Shown: positions 41,999 through 56,116 of the stretch, piece after piece
Position numbering within the stretch: position 1 is the stretch's first letter
How the letters are laid out: every line of letters starts with the position of its first letter
Source of the DNA: Eledone cirrhosa
Lineage: Eukaryota
Direction: 5' to 3'
DNA: 64,000 nt
NCBI GenBank assembly: GCA_964016885.1
Contig: OZ024743.1
Coordinates: 301,382,001-301,446,000 of the forward strand
The notes under the pieces: generated by a model
The model's database searches: none
What the model was told of the DNA's origin: nothing
What the model saw: the letters and a program-made list of their open reading frames with translations, nothing else
Position numbers and translations under genes: made by a program

Positions 41999-42528
41999 TA
42001 TACGGCTCGGAAAAACATTTTTCCTCGAGCTAATTTACTGTAATGAGACTATTTTGAGTTTCTAACTCAATACATGCTTTTGAAAATATTTATATTTTAA
42101 TTACGTGAAATATTTTGATGGGTATACTTGTTAGGGAATATACATGATATAGAGATTTTCTATTAGAAATAGATTTTATTGAAATATGTCTTTAAAGAAT
42201 AGTGTAGCTTTGGAGGTGTAATGCATTCTTTTTAGATGGAGAGGGTAGAATTGGACCCAAGACAAACTGCCGAAGAAAGGAACAAATGATTGCAACATAT
42301 TGAGAATTGCCGTACATGTCCAAAGACAGAATGGATATTTAAGATGGTATAACTTTATACGTTTACTACCCAGGGACCTGAAATATGTTTCAAATTAATT
42401 AATATTTTATCAACTAGAAAAGTGAAGTCATCAAGTGTGAGCACAGTATCATAGTACTTTGTTTTGTTGAATTTTGCTCGTATCTAATACAATTTAAATG
42501 TAACTTTAACATGTATACATGAGTGCTA

Positions 42529-42604
<76 letters not shown>

Positions 42605-44070
42605 TAATATACACATGTGCTTGTCAGTGAGTGCTTGTGTGTATGCCTATGTTTGTCTCACGCATATACAGAAGATAAACCAAATCAGTTGATTCGCTTT
42701 CATTGGTGTTGTGTATAAGTTCACCTCCAGAGAATTGCTGATAGATAAACACGGACAAACATATTTATTATTTCTTAGTTGCTTGATATTCACTGTCCTA
42801 TGAAAGTGTGTATTCCACTTAGACGAGTCATGGGGAAACAGAAGCCAATATTATATTCACTGACGCGTAAATCCTCATCGGCTTTGATGTTACTTTCGCT
42901 TGGCAAAGTGAAAATATGTTTCGTAACAGGAAATTTCAAATGAACTGTTACTGCTTCAATAGCTTGTGTATTTCCAATATCACGTGGTTTAGTTGAATTA
43001 AACTCGATAGCCCTCGATTAAAGGAGAATGGATTATGGGAAACTTAAAACTTCATACTTATCCCCAGAGATATCGATGACACAATTGAAAAGCTTTCAGA
43101 TTCTCAAATGAAATTGAATATGTGATGCGCCTCACGCTGTAAATTCTAAGACCGGTTTGTTGTGGTGTTTGAATGTAATATTTGTTTTTTTTTTAAATTA
43201 CATGTTTACTGTACTCCTGGTAGTTGGAATTGGGGAAATGACAATATTTGGTGATTTATAAAAAGTGAACTGAAATATATACCGACAATTATTTTAAAAT
43301 GTGTCTTGCTCTTTAATTATTGCTTGCCCAATAGCTAGCCTTCAAGATCTAACTTTTAAATCAATCACATTAACACTAGTCCTGGTAACAAGAGCAAACC
43401 AAATACACAACTAAAATCACAACTGACATAGCATCCAGTTTCACATCAATAAGAAATGACATGTCACATATGTTAAACTAGTTGCCCAAGTGTGTGGTTA
43501 ACGTACGGAGAATGTGTGGCCCTTGGTCGTTTTTAGAGCATCATCTTTGAAGTAGGCAATCTGATATAAAAACTGCGAGACAATGGCAGACAATGGTGTA
43601 GACAAGCTCCTCTTCTTGGGTAACTATCACCGGTGTTTACAGAGTGAGGTTGCTTCATTGTAAGATATTTCTTCCCTTGAAATAACTTGAACCATAGGCA
43701 TCACGTGATCTACACATGCATTGTTGTAACACGGTCCTCTAACAGATCATTAGCAGAGCAGACATCATGTTTGTTCCACCCGTGATTGAAGAAAGGATGA
43801 AGGAAATTTCCGAAATCAAGAGGAAGCCATTATATACAATTACTGCAAACCACGCACCGTGTGCAAACTACGCATAGCCGTAGCTATAAACAAAATAGAA
43901 ACAGCGGGGCAACTGTGTATTTTGAATAGCAACGGTTTTCAAAATGTTTACCTGCACCTATAAACATACCGTGTCTCTTTAGAAATACGATATTTTATAC
44001 ATATCTGTATACAACTATGCCTGATGGTAAGTCCTTATTGTCTCTCTCTCTATACACCTGCCCTCCCCCC

Positions 44071-45185
<1,115 letters not shown>

Positions 45186-45196
45186 TTATATATATA

Positions 45197-46932
45197 GAAA
45201 GCCGAATGATTCGCTTAATTACATCAGTAAGCAGTCTAAACATCCTGCCAGCACAACCAAGAACCTAGGAAAAACAGATCCCGGCGCATTTTATGATATA
45301 ACCCACCATGTAATATGGAGGTGGCCACACAGTTAGTTAAGATCTTTCTCTCCCTTTTTAAGAAGTATTTCCCCTCACCACATAAATAAAATAATATTTT
45401 AAATAGAAATACCGTTAAAATATCTTATTCTATGACTCCTAACTTTGCACATAACATCACTGCTTCAAATTTAGCTAAATTACCTAATGATAGGAAGACA
45501 TCCAAGCCTGTAGCTAGTTTTAACTGCAATTGTAGGAATCGAGTTGATTGCCTTATATCCAGGAAATGCCTCTCCAGTAACAAGTCTACATATGTAAGGT
45601 CGAAACACCCACGTTTAATATGGCCTACATAGGGTTAACCGCCTATAGATTCAAGCAGCGTCTTTACATGCATACTCATTCTTTTCTTAACCCTTTAAGA
45701 AGGAATATGACGTCACTATCAGCTTAGATCTGGCGGGTAAAAGAGAACCACACCCAATATAGGTTACGCTGGAAGATCGTAGCTGAAGCTACATCGTATA
45801 ACGGAAATAATAGATTGTTTGCGCCGCTGTAGCCCTGGAAATACTCTACACGCTAATGATCACAAATTAATTACAAAAGCAATTTCGGCTTGTAAACACA
45901 AATTGCATAAAACTTTCCTGCATTACAGCCCCACATTATACCCTTACGGATAGTACGAACAATACGCGAATAATTTACGTGTTGATGTGGTAGCTAAGTA
46001 TATTTTATGTTTATACCATTACTTATGTGCATAGGTAATTATAGCATACCCGTAAGTTTTGTGGAGACATGTATACTTTCTCGTATGTTATATGCTTTAT
46101 TTGTTATAGGTGTATATAATATATATACTGGTATGTGTGTATATGGTTATGTGTATATGTGTGTTTTGTGTATATGTTTATGCGTGTATGCGTGTTTGCA
46201 CATTTGCAAAGTGTGTATATGTGTAGATTGAGTTTGATGAACATGTTATGTGTACGTAGGTTTGGCCAACATATGTGTTTTTGCCTGTAGGTATGTGTGT
46301 GCCTGCGTATTTATACGTATTTATATATCTACGTTTATATATATTTTTTATGTTCATTAGGGTTATATATTTGTTATGTGTATTTATGTGTACACATTCG
46401 TATGTGTGCGGGTACATGTGTCTCGAGGGTTTATGTACGTGTGCGCGTGTTTATATGTACGAGCATGTATTTGCATCCATGGCGGGTGTTTTCGAGTATG
46501 TAAGTATGTGGATGTATATAGATGTATGTATGTATATATTTAATTATTATTACTTTTATGATTTTAATAACCTCTGTCATGTTCGTTCTACTAATTTATT
46601 TACATTATTCTTAATTCTGAAGCTGAGAATCATTCGTGTTCCTAAATAGAATATTAGTCTACGACGTCATTTATAACATAAACGTAGTTGTGTCTTTGTG
46701 TATAATTGTTCTCAACGCTCCACATAATGAGCTATTATCTTCGCTGTGTTCTGTTCATTGCGACGGGACGTCTTCACGAACCAATGGATCGTCTTCCTGC
46801 TAACCTTCGGTTGGAAATGTTTTCCAAATATCTTTTCTTCTGCGTTCACAGATTGATCTTTTTAGCTTCAGAAGATGCCGTTAAGGGTAAAAGCAGTTAT
46901 ACTTTGCTCAAATTTAATCTGTTATTTTAATA
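45197..46932 (+). mobile_element. Naiad-type PLE 3' fragment (GIY-YIG) with probable 3' pLTR
   Basis: YNPP..NRNTVKISYSMTPN..NCNCRNRVDCL..AYIGLT..RFKQRL..TSLSA*IWRVKE..RWKIV..SACKHK at ~45280-45910; 46700-46932 aligns to the 20790-21020 family. Confidence 0.8.
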
Positions 46933-46945
46933 TATATATATATAT

Positions 46946-47725
46946 AGGGCGGGTAAAATTCCCGAGATCCATGGACGAGTTCGCTCCAGCGGTCTCTGCC
47001 CTCATTATCGCTGCCACGTCCGACGTCTCCAACAGACCAGTGTCTCTCCTTAGGGCATCAACATATATTAACATTGGTTTCCTCTTCCAGTGTGTCCTTG
47101 TAGGGGCTCCCACAGGAGCAGTGAGTGCAATGTCAACTCTGGATGTCGGTGAGCATGTCCAACTAACCTCAATCTCCTCTGTGTCCCTTTTGAGCTGACT
47201 TTTGGGAGGCTCCCATACAGCTCTGAGTTGTTCATCCTCAGTGTATACTGATTAATGTTCAGAGCCATCCTCAGCAGTCTCGTGTAGCACACATTCACCA
47301 TGTGAGTGAGTTTCTTGGTCAGTGTCCAAGTATCAGACCCGTACAGCAGCACAGACTCCACTACATCAATAAAGAGGCGGATTTTCAGGTCTTTACGAAG
47401 GTCCGTCTTCCACCCCGATCTCAAGCTGTGACACGCCGCCCAGGCTTTGCTCTCCCTCTCAACCACATGATCTTCCGTATTCCCAATCTTTGCTCCCAAA
47501 TACAGGAAGTTCTCAACCAATTCTAGCGGCTTCCCGCCTACATTAGTGATCCCCTCTGGCTTCTCAACATTCTCTACCAGATATTTTGTGTAGTCTCATT
47601 CATTCTCAGCCCCAAACTCACCGACATATTCTCAACCTCCTGCATCAAATCCTCTCCCCCCTTCACTGTATTTGTCACAAAAACTATGTCGTCGGCAAAT
47701 TCAGCATCCGATATCTTTTTCCCCT
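46946..47725 (-). mobile_element. 5'-truncated RTE-clade LINE copy
   Basis: ISDAEFADDIV, VENFLYLGA, VESVLLYGSDTWTLT, RRLRLVGHAHRH; high identity to 56117-56900. Confidence 0.9.
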
Positions 47726-47892
47726 TAAATATGTATGTGTGAATCAATATAGAAACAAATAAACAAGTAATATTGCTTACCAAAGTATTTTACTCGACAT
47801 GGTCTTTGCTGGAGTTGCGGTAATAGTCCAAAATGAGAGTTAAATGTAGAGTATCCAGGTGGAAATTCACCGAGAAATTATAAGTTTATAGG

Positions 47893-48330
47893 AAAAACAA
47901 ACGACTAGGCATGAAATAGAGTTTACATGATAAAAAATATAATTATAGTCCATTCTTTAAAATATGTCTCAATACAGCATCAGTCTACGAGCACTGATTG
48001 CATATTATTTGCTCAATCGCTAGCATTACGTAAAACATTGCACTTTTTCAGGAAGTGTTCCTAGTTCGAGGTGACTTCGCTACAGATGCCTTTTGGTCCG
48101 GTCAGAGAGCTTTAAAATAAATCCTTACTGCAATATGTAGGAACCTCAACTCGAACTACGAACTCTTGCTGTAGACGTGCAATTGTGTATGTATTGCTAG
48201 CGATTGAACACAATAGCATTATGCAATCAGCGCTCGTAGACTGATGCTGTACTGAAACATATGTTAAAGAATGGACTCTAATTATATTTGTATCATGTAC
48301 CCTCTACGTCATGCCTAGTAACTTGTTTTT
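47893..48330. mobile_element. Inverted-repeat element with long-stem-II HHR in each arm
   Basis: Arms ~47893-48085/48135-48330. At 48164-48270: TCTTG CTGTAGA CGTGCA [~66 nt] TGTACT GAAA CATATG TT AAAGA; the other arm has CTGAAAA AGTGCA, so the consensus is CTGAAGA AGTGCA/TGTACT. Confidence 0.75.
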
Positions 48331-48374
48331 GCTACACCTTTAAATGCTGATACATATAAACATATATATATATA

Positions 48375-48563
48375 ATTAATATAGACATTACTTCTACCGG
48401 ACTAGAACTCTTTCATTCGGGAAAAAATATCAGTAAGCTTCCTGGTGATTTCCCCCGAATGAAACAATTCTAGTCCTCTAGAAGCCATTTCTCTATTACA
48501 TATTTATACTCTGCTATGTATTGAGTACCTTACTTACTGCGGTTACCCCCGATTGAACCCGGG
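48375..48563. mobile_element. Small palindromic HHR-like element
   Basis: Imperfect palindrome centred ~48437; CTTC CTGGTGA TTTCCCCCGAAT GAAA CAAT TC; tail GGTTACCCCCGATTGAACCCGGG shared with 54081-54120. Confidence 0.7.
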
Positions 48564-48914
48564 ATAAACGAATACATTTTGTTGTACCTCTTGCATTTTT
48601 ATTTCGCCAGTTCAGAAACTCACTACACTACATTTCGCCTATCATATATAGTATTTCTTTTCATGTTATTTTTATCATTACTGTCATCACTATTTTACAC
48701 ATCCACTTACTCACCAATATAACTTCAACTACCACCACCTCTACTATTATTATCAGTAATTGTATTCTTTTTACTTATTATTCTTTACATCGTTATCATT
48801 TGCATTGTTACTTCTTTATACATTCATTATTGTTTATTATATTTTATTATTGGTGTTAGATTTTCATTCACTTGATTCACCAATATATCTATAAATGCCA
48901 GTGCCATGTATTAT

Positions 48915-49066
48915 ACCCTCTAGACGCACACTCTATTTAAGTTCGAGTGACGTAATTTCGAGTGATCAGCGGCATTTAGACTCACCTGATAAATGAAACA
49001 ATTGTTAATACTTGTAATTAAACCATTTGTGCACAGCCGACCATGGTATTCTTCACTCTTACACTA
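48915..49066 (+). mobile_element. pLTR-like fragment, long-stem-II HHR family
   Basis: Aligns to the reverse complement of 53700-53845 and to 13870-14010 (TAGACTCACCTGATAAATGAAACAATTGTTAATA). Confidence 0.7.
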
Positions 49067-49269
49067 TATATATATTCATAGATGCCAGAAAAACCAAAAA
49101 CCCTCCATCTCAATTCTAATTGTGTAAAGCATAAGAACTGTCAAACCGGTAAAGGAAACAAATACATATGCTTAAAAAGATTGCAATTGCATTTTGGATT
49201 TGATCTTTTTTCTCACTTTCACTTGTGTAGGACATCTCGTTTTTTTTTCATTAAAACAAAAACCCATTT

Positions 49270-49360
<91 letters not shown>

Positions 49361-49409
49361 TCTCTCTCTATGTCTCTCTCCCTCTCTCTCTCTCTATATA
49401 TACATATAT

Positions 49410-52400
49410 CTTAGAAGCGAGGTTTTTTTTACAAATTGAAAAGTAACCGAGTGAAAGTATAAAGAAAAAGAGATGAAATCGAAAATGCAACTGGAGTCTT
49501 ATTTGTTTTTAAATATATATATTTATTTGGTTCCTTTACCGGTTTCGCAGTTCTTCTTCCTTTCAAAATTAGAGTTGAGGTGGAGGGTCTGTGGTTTTTC
49601 TCACATCTGGTTGGTCCTTGAATGTTACTTGTTTCATATGGAAAAAAGTGGCTCGAAACGCCAGGTTTTTAGAGAAGTAATTTGATTGGTTGGTCAATAA
49701 GTATAATAAATTTCGCGCTAGTTCGCGTTACACATTTTTTCAAAGAAGGGGTGGTGTGGTGGGGGCTGGGGGGGGGGGGTCTCACTTTGTTTTCTCATAT
49801 AAGATTGTTTGAATCTGTTTTAACTTAAAAAAGGGGGCTCACGAAGGCTCTTTTTTTAAATGTAATTTGATTGGTTATAAATGAAATTATGACTGTCATG
49901 TGAACAAGTTCACGGGAATTTATTTTGTAGAGAATTTTATGACAAACAAAATATAATGGTCAAGTGAAATGGGATGGGAGAATTGATCTGGTTCAGTGAA
50001 TATAGCAGGTTGTTTTTTCATATATTAGTGAAGTTTAGTTGGTTGATGTAGTCACGTGTGTAAGTATATCAGCTTTCGCGTAAGTTTGTTTGAATTTTTT
50101 TACTTTAAAAAAAGTGGCTCACGAAGGCTTTGTTTTTATAAATATAATTTAATTGGTAATAAATGAAATTATGAATGTCATGTGAACAAGTTCAGTAAAT
50201 TTCGCGCCGGTATTTGGGAATTTATTTCGTAGCCTTTTAGAGAATTTTATGACAAGCAAAAGATAATGGTCAAGAGAAATGGGATGGGAGAATTGTCTGG
50301 TTCAGTGAATATGGTTGGTTTGCTGGGGTGTCAGAATTCAGATTTTCTATTGAAATAAAGAAAGTAAATATATGTATGTTTATTTATGTGCTTAAAGAGA
50401 ATACATATATATTGTGTGTGTGTGTGTGTGTGTGTAGGAAAATGATTCCATTAGTAGGAATATTTTTGAATGAACATATTTTCCTTACTTATTCGTATTT
50501 GTTCTGTAGTATTGTCAGCGCAAACATATGTTAAGGTTTATTTAGTTCAAGTTTTTATTTTCTAAATTAGAAGGTGTTATGTGTGTGCGTGTGTGTGTCT
50601 GTTTGCATGGTTAGCATGTTATGGTGTTGACATCATGTATATTAAACCATATTTAATGCTGGTCTATAATTTTGAATAAACATATTTTCCTTATTTATTC
50701 ATATTTGTTCTGTTGTATTGCCAGCGCAAAGGTAAAATAGGAAGACTTGGAATTTGGGTGTCTTATTACTTGCGCATATGTCTAGATGTGCGCTTACTGG
50801 TATATGTCTCGTTATTGGATCTCGGAATTGTTGGCGATGAACTGTCATTCTGTTTCTGAGTGTGAGTTTAGTTTCTCCTATATAATCTTCATTGCATCCT
50901 TTACATTTAATGCCATCAAATAGATTTTATGATGAGCAAGTGAAATCATTTTTTACAGCAATATTTTGTCCTGATTTAAATATATACGCGTTGGCTTCAA
51001 TGAGGTGTGTGCAGGTTCCACAATTAGAGCGACCACATTTTTTTACAGTTGGTTGTGGGTTTGTGGTAGGTAATCTGGCATTGGTGAGTAATGTTTTCAG
51101 TGATTTCGGTTGTCTTTTGCTTTTGATTATTGTGTGTGTTTAAAGTGCTGTTTTTCATTCTTGGGTCTTGTTTCAGTAGTGGGATGTTCTTTTGGAAAGT
51201 GTTGTAAGCTTCCGCATTTCTTGGGTTTTGTGTTCAGATGAATGAATGCATATTGGACGTACATTGAATTTCATTCTGTTTTCGTAATTCATCAATGCCT
51301 ATTGCTTTAGCCCTTTCTATTCCATTATGTATTAGTAATGGTGGGTACTTGAAGTCTTTTATTTCGCGTTTCATAATTGGAGACAATATTGCACATTTTT
51401 CTTGATAGGTTAAAAGGAATGTTCGTCTTCTTGTGCTTTGAATGGTTGGAGATGAATAGCAGGTATTGTTAGGAATTTGTTGGTTTGTAGTGTATGTCCG
51501 TTTCAATATTTGTGTCTTTCATTAAGATTAGGATGTACATAAATGGGAGTTGATTTTGGCTGTATTCGATCGTGAATTGGATGTGGTTATTGATACCGTT
51601 TATTAAGTTTTTGAAATCATTCAGTTGGTCGAGTGTGTGGGACCAAATAATGAGACAATCAACCAAGTAGCGTTTACAATTCTCTGATAAATATTGGTGG
51701 AAGTTCAATCCGTATTTTGATTTGGACTATTCATATATCTGGAGTTCTAAGTATGCCATGACTAAGTTGGCATACGTTGGAGCGGCTTTTGTACACATCG
51801 CAGTCCCCGATATTTGCTTGTAAGTACTGCCATCGAAATAAAAAAAAGTTGTTCTGTAAGATAAATTTTAATCCCTCGGTGATGAAGCTTTTTTCTATTC
51901 TGCAAGGCATCTCATTGGGATATTTCTCCAGCCAGAATGCTATTGGTTCTAGTCCGTGTTGGTGTGGGATCGTTGTGTAGAGATTGACTACATCGAAAGA
52001 CACAATATTAGTGTCGTTGTTGACATGTTTGTGGTGGTGGTTTAAGATGTCCAGATCGTCTCTTACAATGCTTGTGATGTGTTTGAGAATTGGTTTTAGT
52101 AGTATGTCTATAAAGTTGCTCAGTCTGTGTGTTTCACATTGTGCGCCTGCTACAATTGGTCTTAATTTAAGGTATGTGCGGTATTGTGTGTTCACGCAGG
52201 CTGAGGTGGATTGTTTACAGACATCGTTAATTATTTTACACTTCTGGATCTTCGGAAGTCCCTAAAGTTTGCTGTTTTTTAATTAAGTCTTCCTGGTATC
52301 GAAAATCAGTGTGTTTAATCTGGTCATTGTTTTTGATTGCTAGTTTTTTACTCTTTCATAGTGATTAATATTTTGTAAGAGAGAGAACATAGAATTTTTA

Positions 52401-53586
52401 TAGTTTTCAGCATGCTTAATGACAACATTACTTCCCTTGTCCGCTTCCTTAATTATAATGTCCGTATCGTTTTTTAGTTAATGGATAATCTCCCATTCCC
52501 TTCGACTCGTGTTGGCTTTGGGTTTAGGTTGCGGTAGTTCATGGTATGGGAAAGTAGCTATGTGGTCACAACTTTTTTCCAGAACTCGGTTTCTACCTTT
52601 TGTTGGACTGTAGCTGCTTTTGTTCCGTACAATTGATTGGTCGTTATTCTCCTTGTCAAAGAATTCTTCTGTGAGATGTAATTTTCTACAGAAGTGTGAG
52701 ATATCGTCATTTATCTCATTGAGGTTAGACTATTGTGGTGTTGGTGTGAATCTCAGTCCCTTGGAAATAATGTTTACTTGTTGGGCTGAGAGGTTTGTAT
52801 CTGAAAGTTGATTATTTTTCGGTTTTTCAAAATCGGTTTGTGCCACCGGGTGTCGTGGGTCCTGTAGCCTTGGTCTAAAAAATGATTTTTCTGGAATGTT
52901 TTTTTCAATGGTATTATCATATCTAATGACATTCCCTCTGTTGTGTGATCTTGTATAGAAGTTTGGGACATATTTAGGTTCGGTTTGTTGATAGTCCCTG
53001 TTGCAGATTTTGTTCCTTTGTGTCGGTTGGGATCTACGATTTTGGAACAGGCTCTGTGTGGGTCTACGGTTTAGGAATAAGTTTTGTGTGGGTTGCGATC
53101 TGCGGATCGGGTCCTTTCTTGTGTTGGGGATCATCGGTTTTTGTTAGTAGGGTTATAGTTTTATCTATGGGTTCTGGGATTATTGTTATAGTTTTGCTGG
53201 GCTATATTGGACGTTTTGTTACTTTTTTTGTTTTTTGTTGTGTATGTTTTGTTACTTTTTTTTGTTATTTGTTGTGCATGTGTTGCGTGAGTTTTAGTTT
53301 GTTTTAAAAATGGGTTACCTGTATGTTGTTCATTTTTGAAATCCATTTCGTAGTTGTTGAACCAGGTGGCATTTTTTTCCCATCGCTGGAGGGATGTTAG
53401 TTCTTCATCCTCACAGTTTTCTTTCCAAAGTTTCAAGGTTTTTTCATAGAGTAAGCCTTCGGGGTGCCTTGAGATTTCTGTGTCCATCTGTTGGTCGAGT
53501 GACCTGACATTTTCTTCGTTGGAGTTGGGTCTTAATCGCAACAGTTCTATTTCTATTTTAAATTTTTCTAATGCCAACTTTTTCCT
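49410..53586 (-). mobile_element. Penelope-like retroelement (Neptune-type), 5' truncated, with long repeat-containing 3' region
   Basis: ORF remnants plus direct repeats 49825-50010/50105-50315; HHR 3' half GC GAAA CCGG TA at 49531-49552(-); diverged tail-to-tail copy at 49080-49230. Confidence 0.85.
50640..53586 (-). pseudogene. Disrupted PLE polyprotein (RT + GIY-YIG)
   Basis: Motifs LSDTNLS..ISKGLRFTPTP, IKEADKGS, LRPIVAG..THRLSNFIDILLKP, VSFDVVNLYTTIPH, APTYANLVM, KRYLVDCLIIW, IQFTIEYS, CGRSNCGTC, CKGCNEDYIGET, RMTVHRQQ. Confidence 0.88.
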
Positions 53587-53613
53587 ATATATATACATAT
53601 ATATATATATCTA

Positions 53614-53690
<77 letters not shown>

Positions 53691-53754
53691 GTGTGTATAG
53701 TAGTGAAAGAGTGAAGAATAACATGGACGGCTGTAAAAAAAGTTTTATATACAA

Positions 53755-53863
53755 TATTAACAATTGTTTCATTGATCAGGTGAGTCTAGAGGACGCTAAT
53801 CACTCGAAGTTGCGTCACACGATCTTAAATACAATGTGTGTCTCTGAGCAAATCATCGGAATA
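53755..53863 (-). ncRNA. Long-stem-II hammerhead-like motif in a solo pLTR fragment (53700-53870)
   Basis: TATT CCGATGA TTTGCTCAG [~65 nt] CTGATCAAT GAAA CAATTG TT AATA. Confidence 0.65.
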
Positions 53864-53904
53864 CTATAATCATCTATATCTATATCTTTATCTATCTAAC
53901 TTTA

Positions 53905-53935
<31 letters not shown>

Positions 53936-53975
53936 TTTTATTTTTTTATTTTCTCTCTCTCTCTTTCCATATATT

Positions 53976-54015
<40 letters not shown>

Positions 54016-54027
54016 CCGAGAGAGAGA

Positions 54028-54079
<52 letters not shown>

Positions 54080-54080
54080 T

Positions 54081-54518
54081 AGGTGTGACCCGGGTTCAAT
54101 CGGGGGTAACCACAGTAAGTAACGTACACAATATATAGTGGAGTATACATATTTTAATATAGAAGTGACTTCTACAGGACTAGAACAGTTTCATTCGAAA
54201 GAAATCATCGGAAGAACCGACTGTCATTGTCTTATCGTGGTATTTATACATTTTCTGTTGGTAAGGGAAGGTGGTGATGGATTTGCGGAAAAGGGATTAT
54301 TTTGAAAATTATACTTGGAAAGGAATCCATAGTGATACAGGGGGGGGGGGGGGGGAGGTAACAATGCAGCCACTCCTCATTTTTAAAGGTTCAATTTAAA
54401 TCCATCAGCCAATGACCTCGACCCAACCCAATCACTACCTTCTCCTACCACCAGAAAAGTTATAAATACCATCAGTGTCGGCTTGTATAAATGATTTCCT
54501 CCGAATGAAACAGTTCTA
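54081..54518. mobile_element. Inverted-repeat element with HHR-like remnants
   Basis: IR ~54182-54285/54425-54518; ATGATTTC...CGAATGAAAC on both strands; same family as 34930-35100 and 48375-48563. Confidence 0.7.
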
Positions 54519-55231
54519 TATATTAATTATATATATCTCTTTCTCTCTCACTCGCCCCCCTCCCCCCATCTCTCTCTCTCTCTATATATATATATATTCA
54601 CTCGGCGCTCTAATTCTTATTTTATTTGTTGTTTTTATACATAAATTTGAGCCGAACGGCTTTCGAAAGTGAACGGCTAAAGTGCCGGGGACAGTTCACT
54701 CTTTACATATTTGTCTAACTATCTCTCACATACCGCTGACGCTGTTTCCGTGTGAATAACGGACAGCTTTTTATTCTGTCGACCAAAGTTCAATGTAGAC
54801 ATTTCTCCACTACAACCTATTCTTAAATTGTTTCTCTTTATACCAGCGTCATAACAATTGAATTGTTCATTATTTTGGACGGAACAACCTTAAATAGACG
54901 ATATTTCCTTTTCCCGCACGAAATCATGTTCATTGGAATGAAGCTGGTATGGTGAACCCGCCGCTGTCATTCTTTGTTTCTCTTTGGTTTACATTGTCAC
55001 TCCATTCTGCCTTGCTTTTCTTTTCTTGTTTCTAAACAAAAACAAATTACACCATCGTTCTCATTCCCACTTTTATTCTCCTCTCTTTCTACTATTCTCT
55101 CGTTTATCATCATATGATTTAGACTCTCATTCATTCTCTCCAACTCTCCTTCTCTGATAGTTCTTTCGATTTATAACGCTATATTTTAACCCGACTTTTG
55201 CTATGTGTATTAGTTTGAGATTACTACAATG

Positions 55232-55274
<43 letters not shown>

Positions 55275-55550
55275 ATAATAATAAATGTGAAGAGCAAAAT
55301 CCACAGATTCAATTGCTTAGTTTCAGAAGATCCCGGTAAGGGTGAAAGCAGCGATTCTTTGCTTAAACTTTAATCTGTTATTTTAATAAATACTAGCAGA
55401 ATGGCCCGGCGTTGCTCAGGATTTGATCTACGGTTCTTATATATTTGATATATATTTATCCTTCTCGACCCTCGTGAAATAAATACGTTTGTTTATATTG
55501 TGTTATTGTGTATGCAAACATATCTGTACACGAATATATAATTATATATA

Positions 55551-55733
55551 TAACGAGGGAATTGTGGTAAGGAACCAGGCGGACCATAACGCGCCAGAGT
55601 ACTCAATACTTAGGGTAGTAGACTGGGAAATAGCAAAAATATGACCCTGGCGGCAGAGATCAAGCCGTTTCGACGGCTATAGCCGTCGAACCGGCTTGAG
55701 CTCTGCCGTCGGGGGTCATACTTTTTCCTAATT
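55551..55733. mobile_element. Short hairpin element (27897 family)
   Basis: Palindrome centred on CGACGGCTATAGCCGTCG at ~55680. Confidence 0.75.
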
Positions 55734-55940
55734 ATATATATATATATATATATATATAACAGTACAGAGAAGTACGGAATACCTCGGACTCAGGATGGTG
55801 TCTACATGTTGTGCTTATAAAAAAAATTCGTCGTACAATCACCAGGGTTTTTTTCTGTGCGAAGGAAATCAATAGTTTATCACGAAATAAATACTTTTGT
55901 TTATATTTTGTTATCGTGTATGCACAAATATCTGTACACG

Positions 55941-55996
<56 letters not shown>

Positions 55997-56116
55997 TTAC
56001 AGATTAACGTCTAAGCAAATAATCGCTGCTTTCAACCCTTACGGGATCTTCTGACACTAAAAAAAACAATCTGTGAACGCAGAATAAAATATTTCGAAAA
56101 ACGTTACACACTAATC

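Noticed and set aside
43560-43626. TATAAAA followed by ATG and a GTAACT donor-like site
   Set aside because: Spacing is too tight and such motifs are expected by chance in AT-rich DNA.
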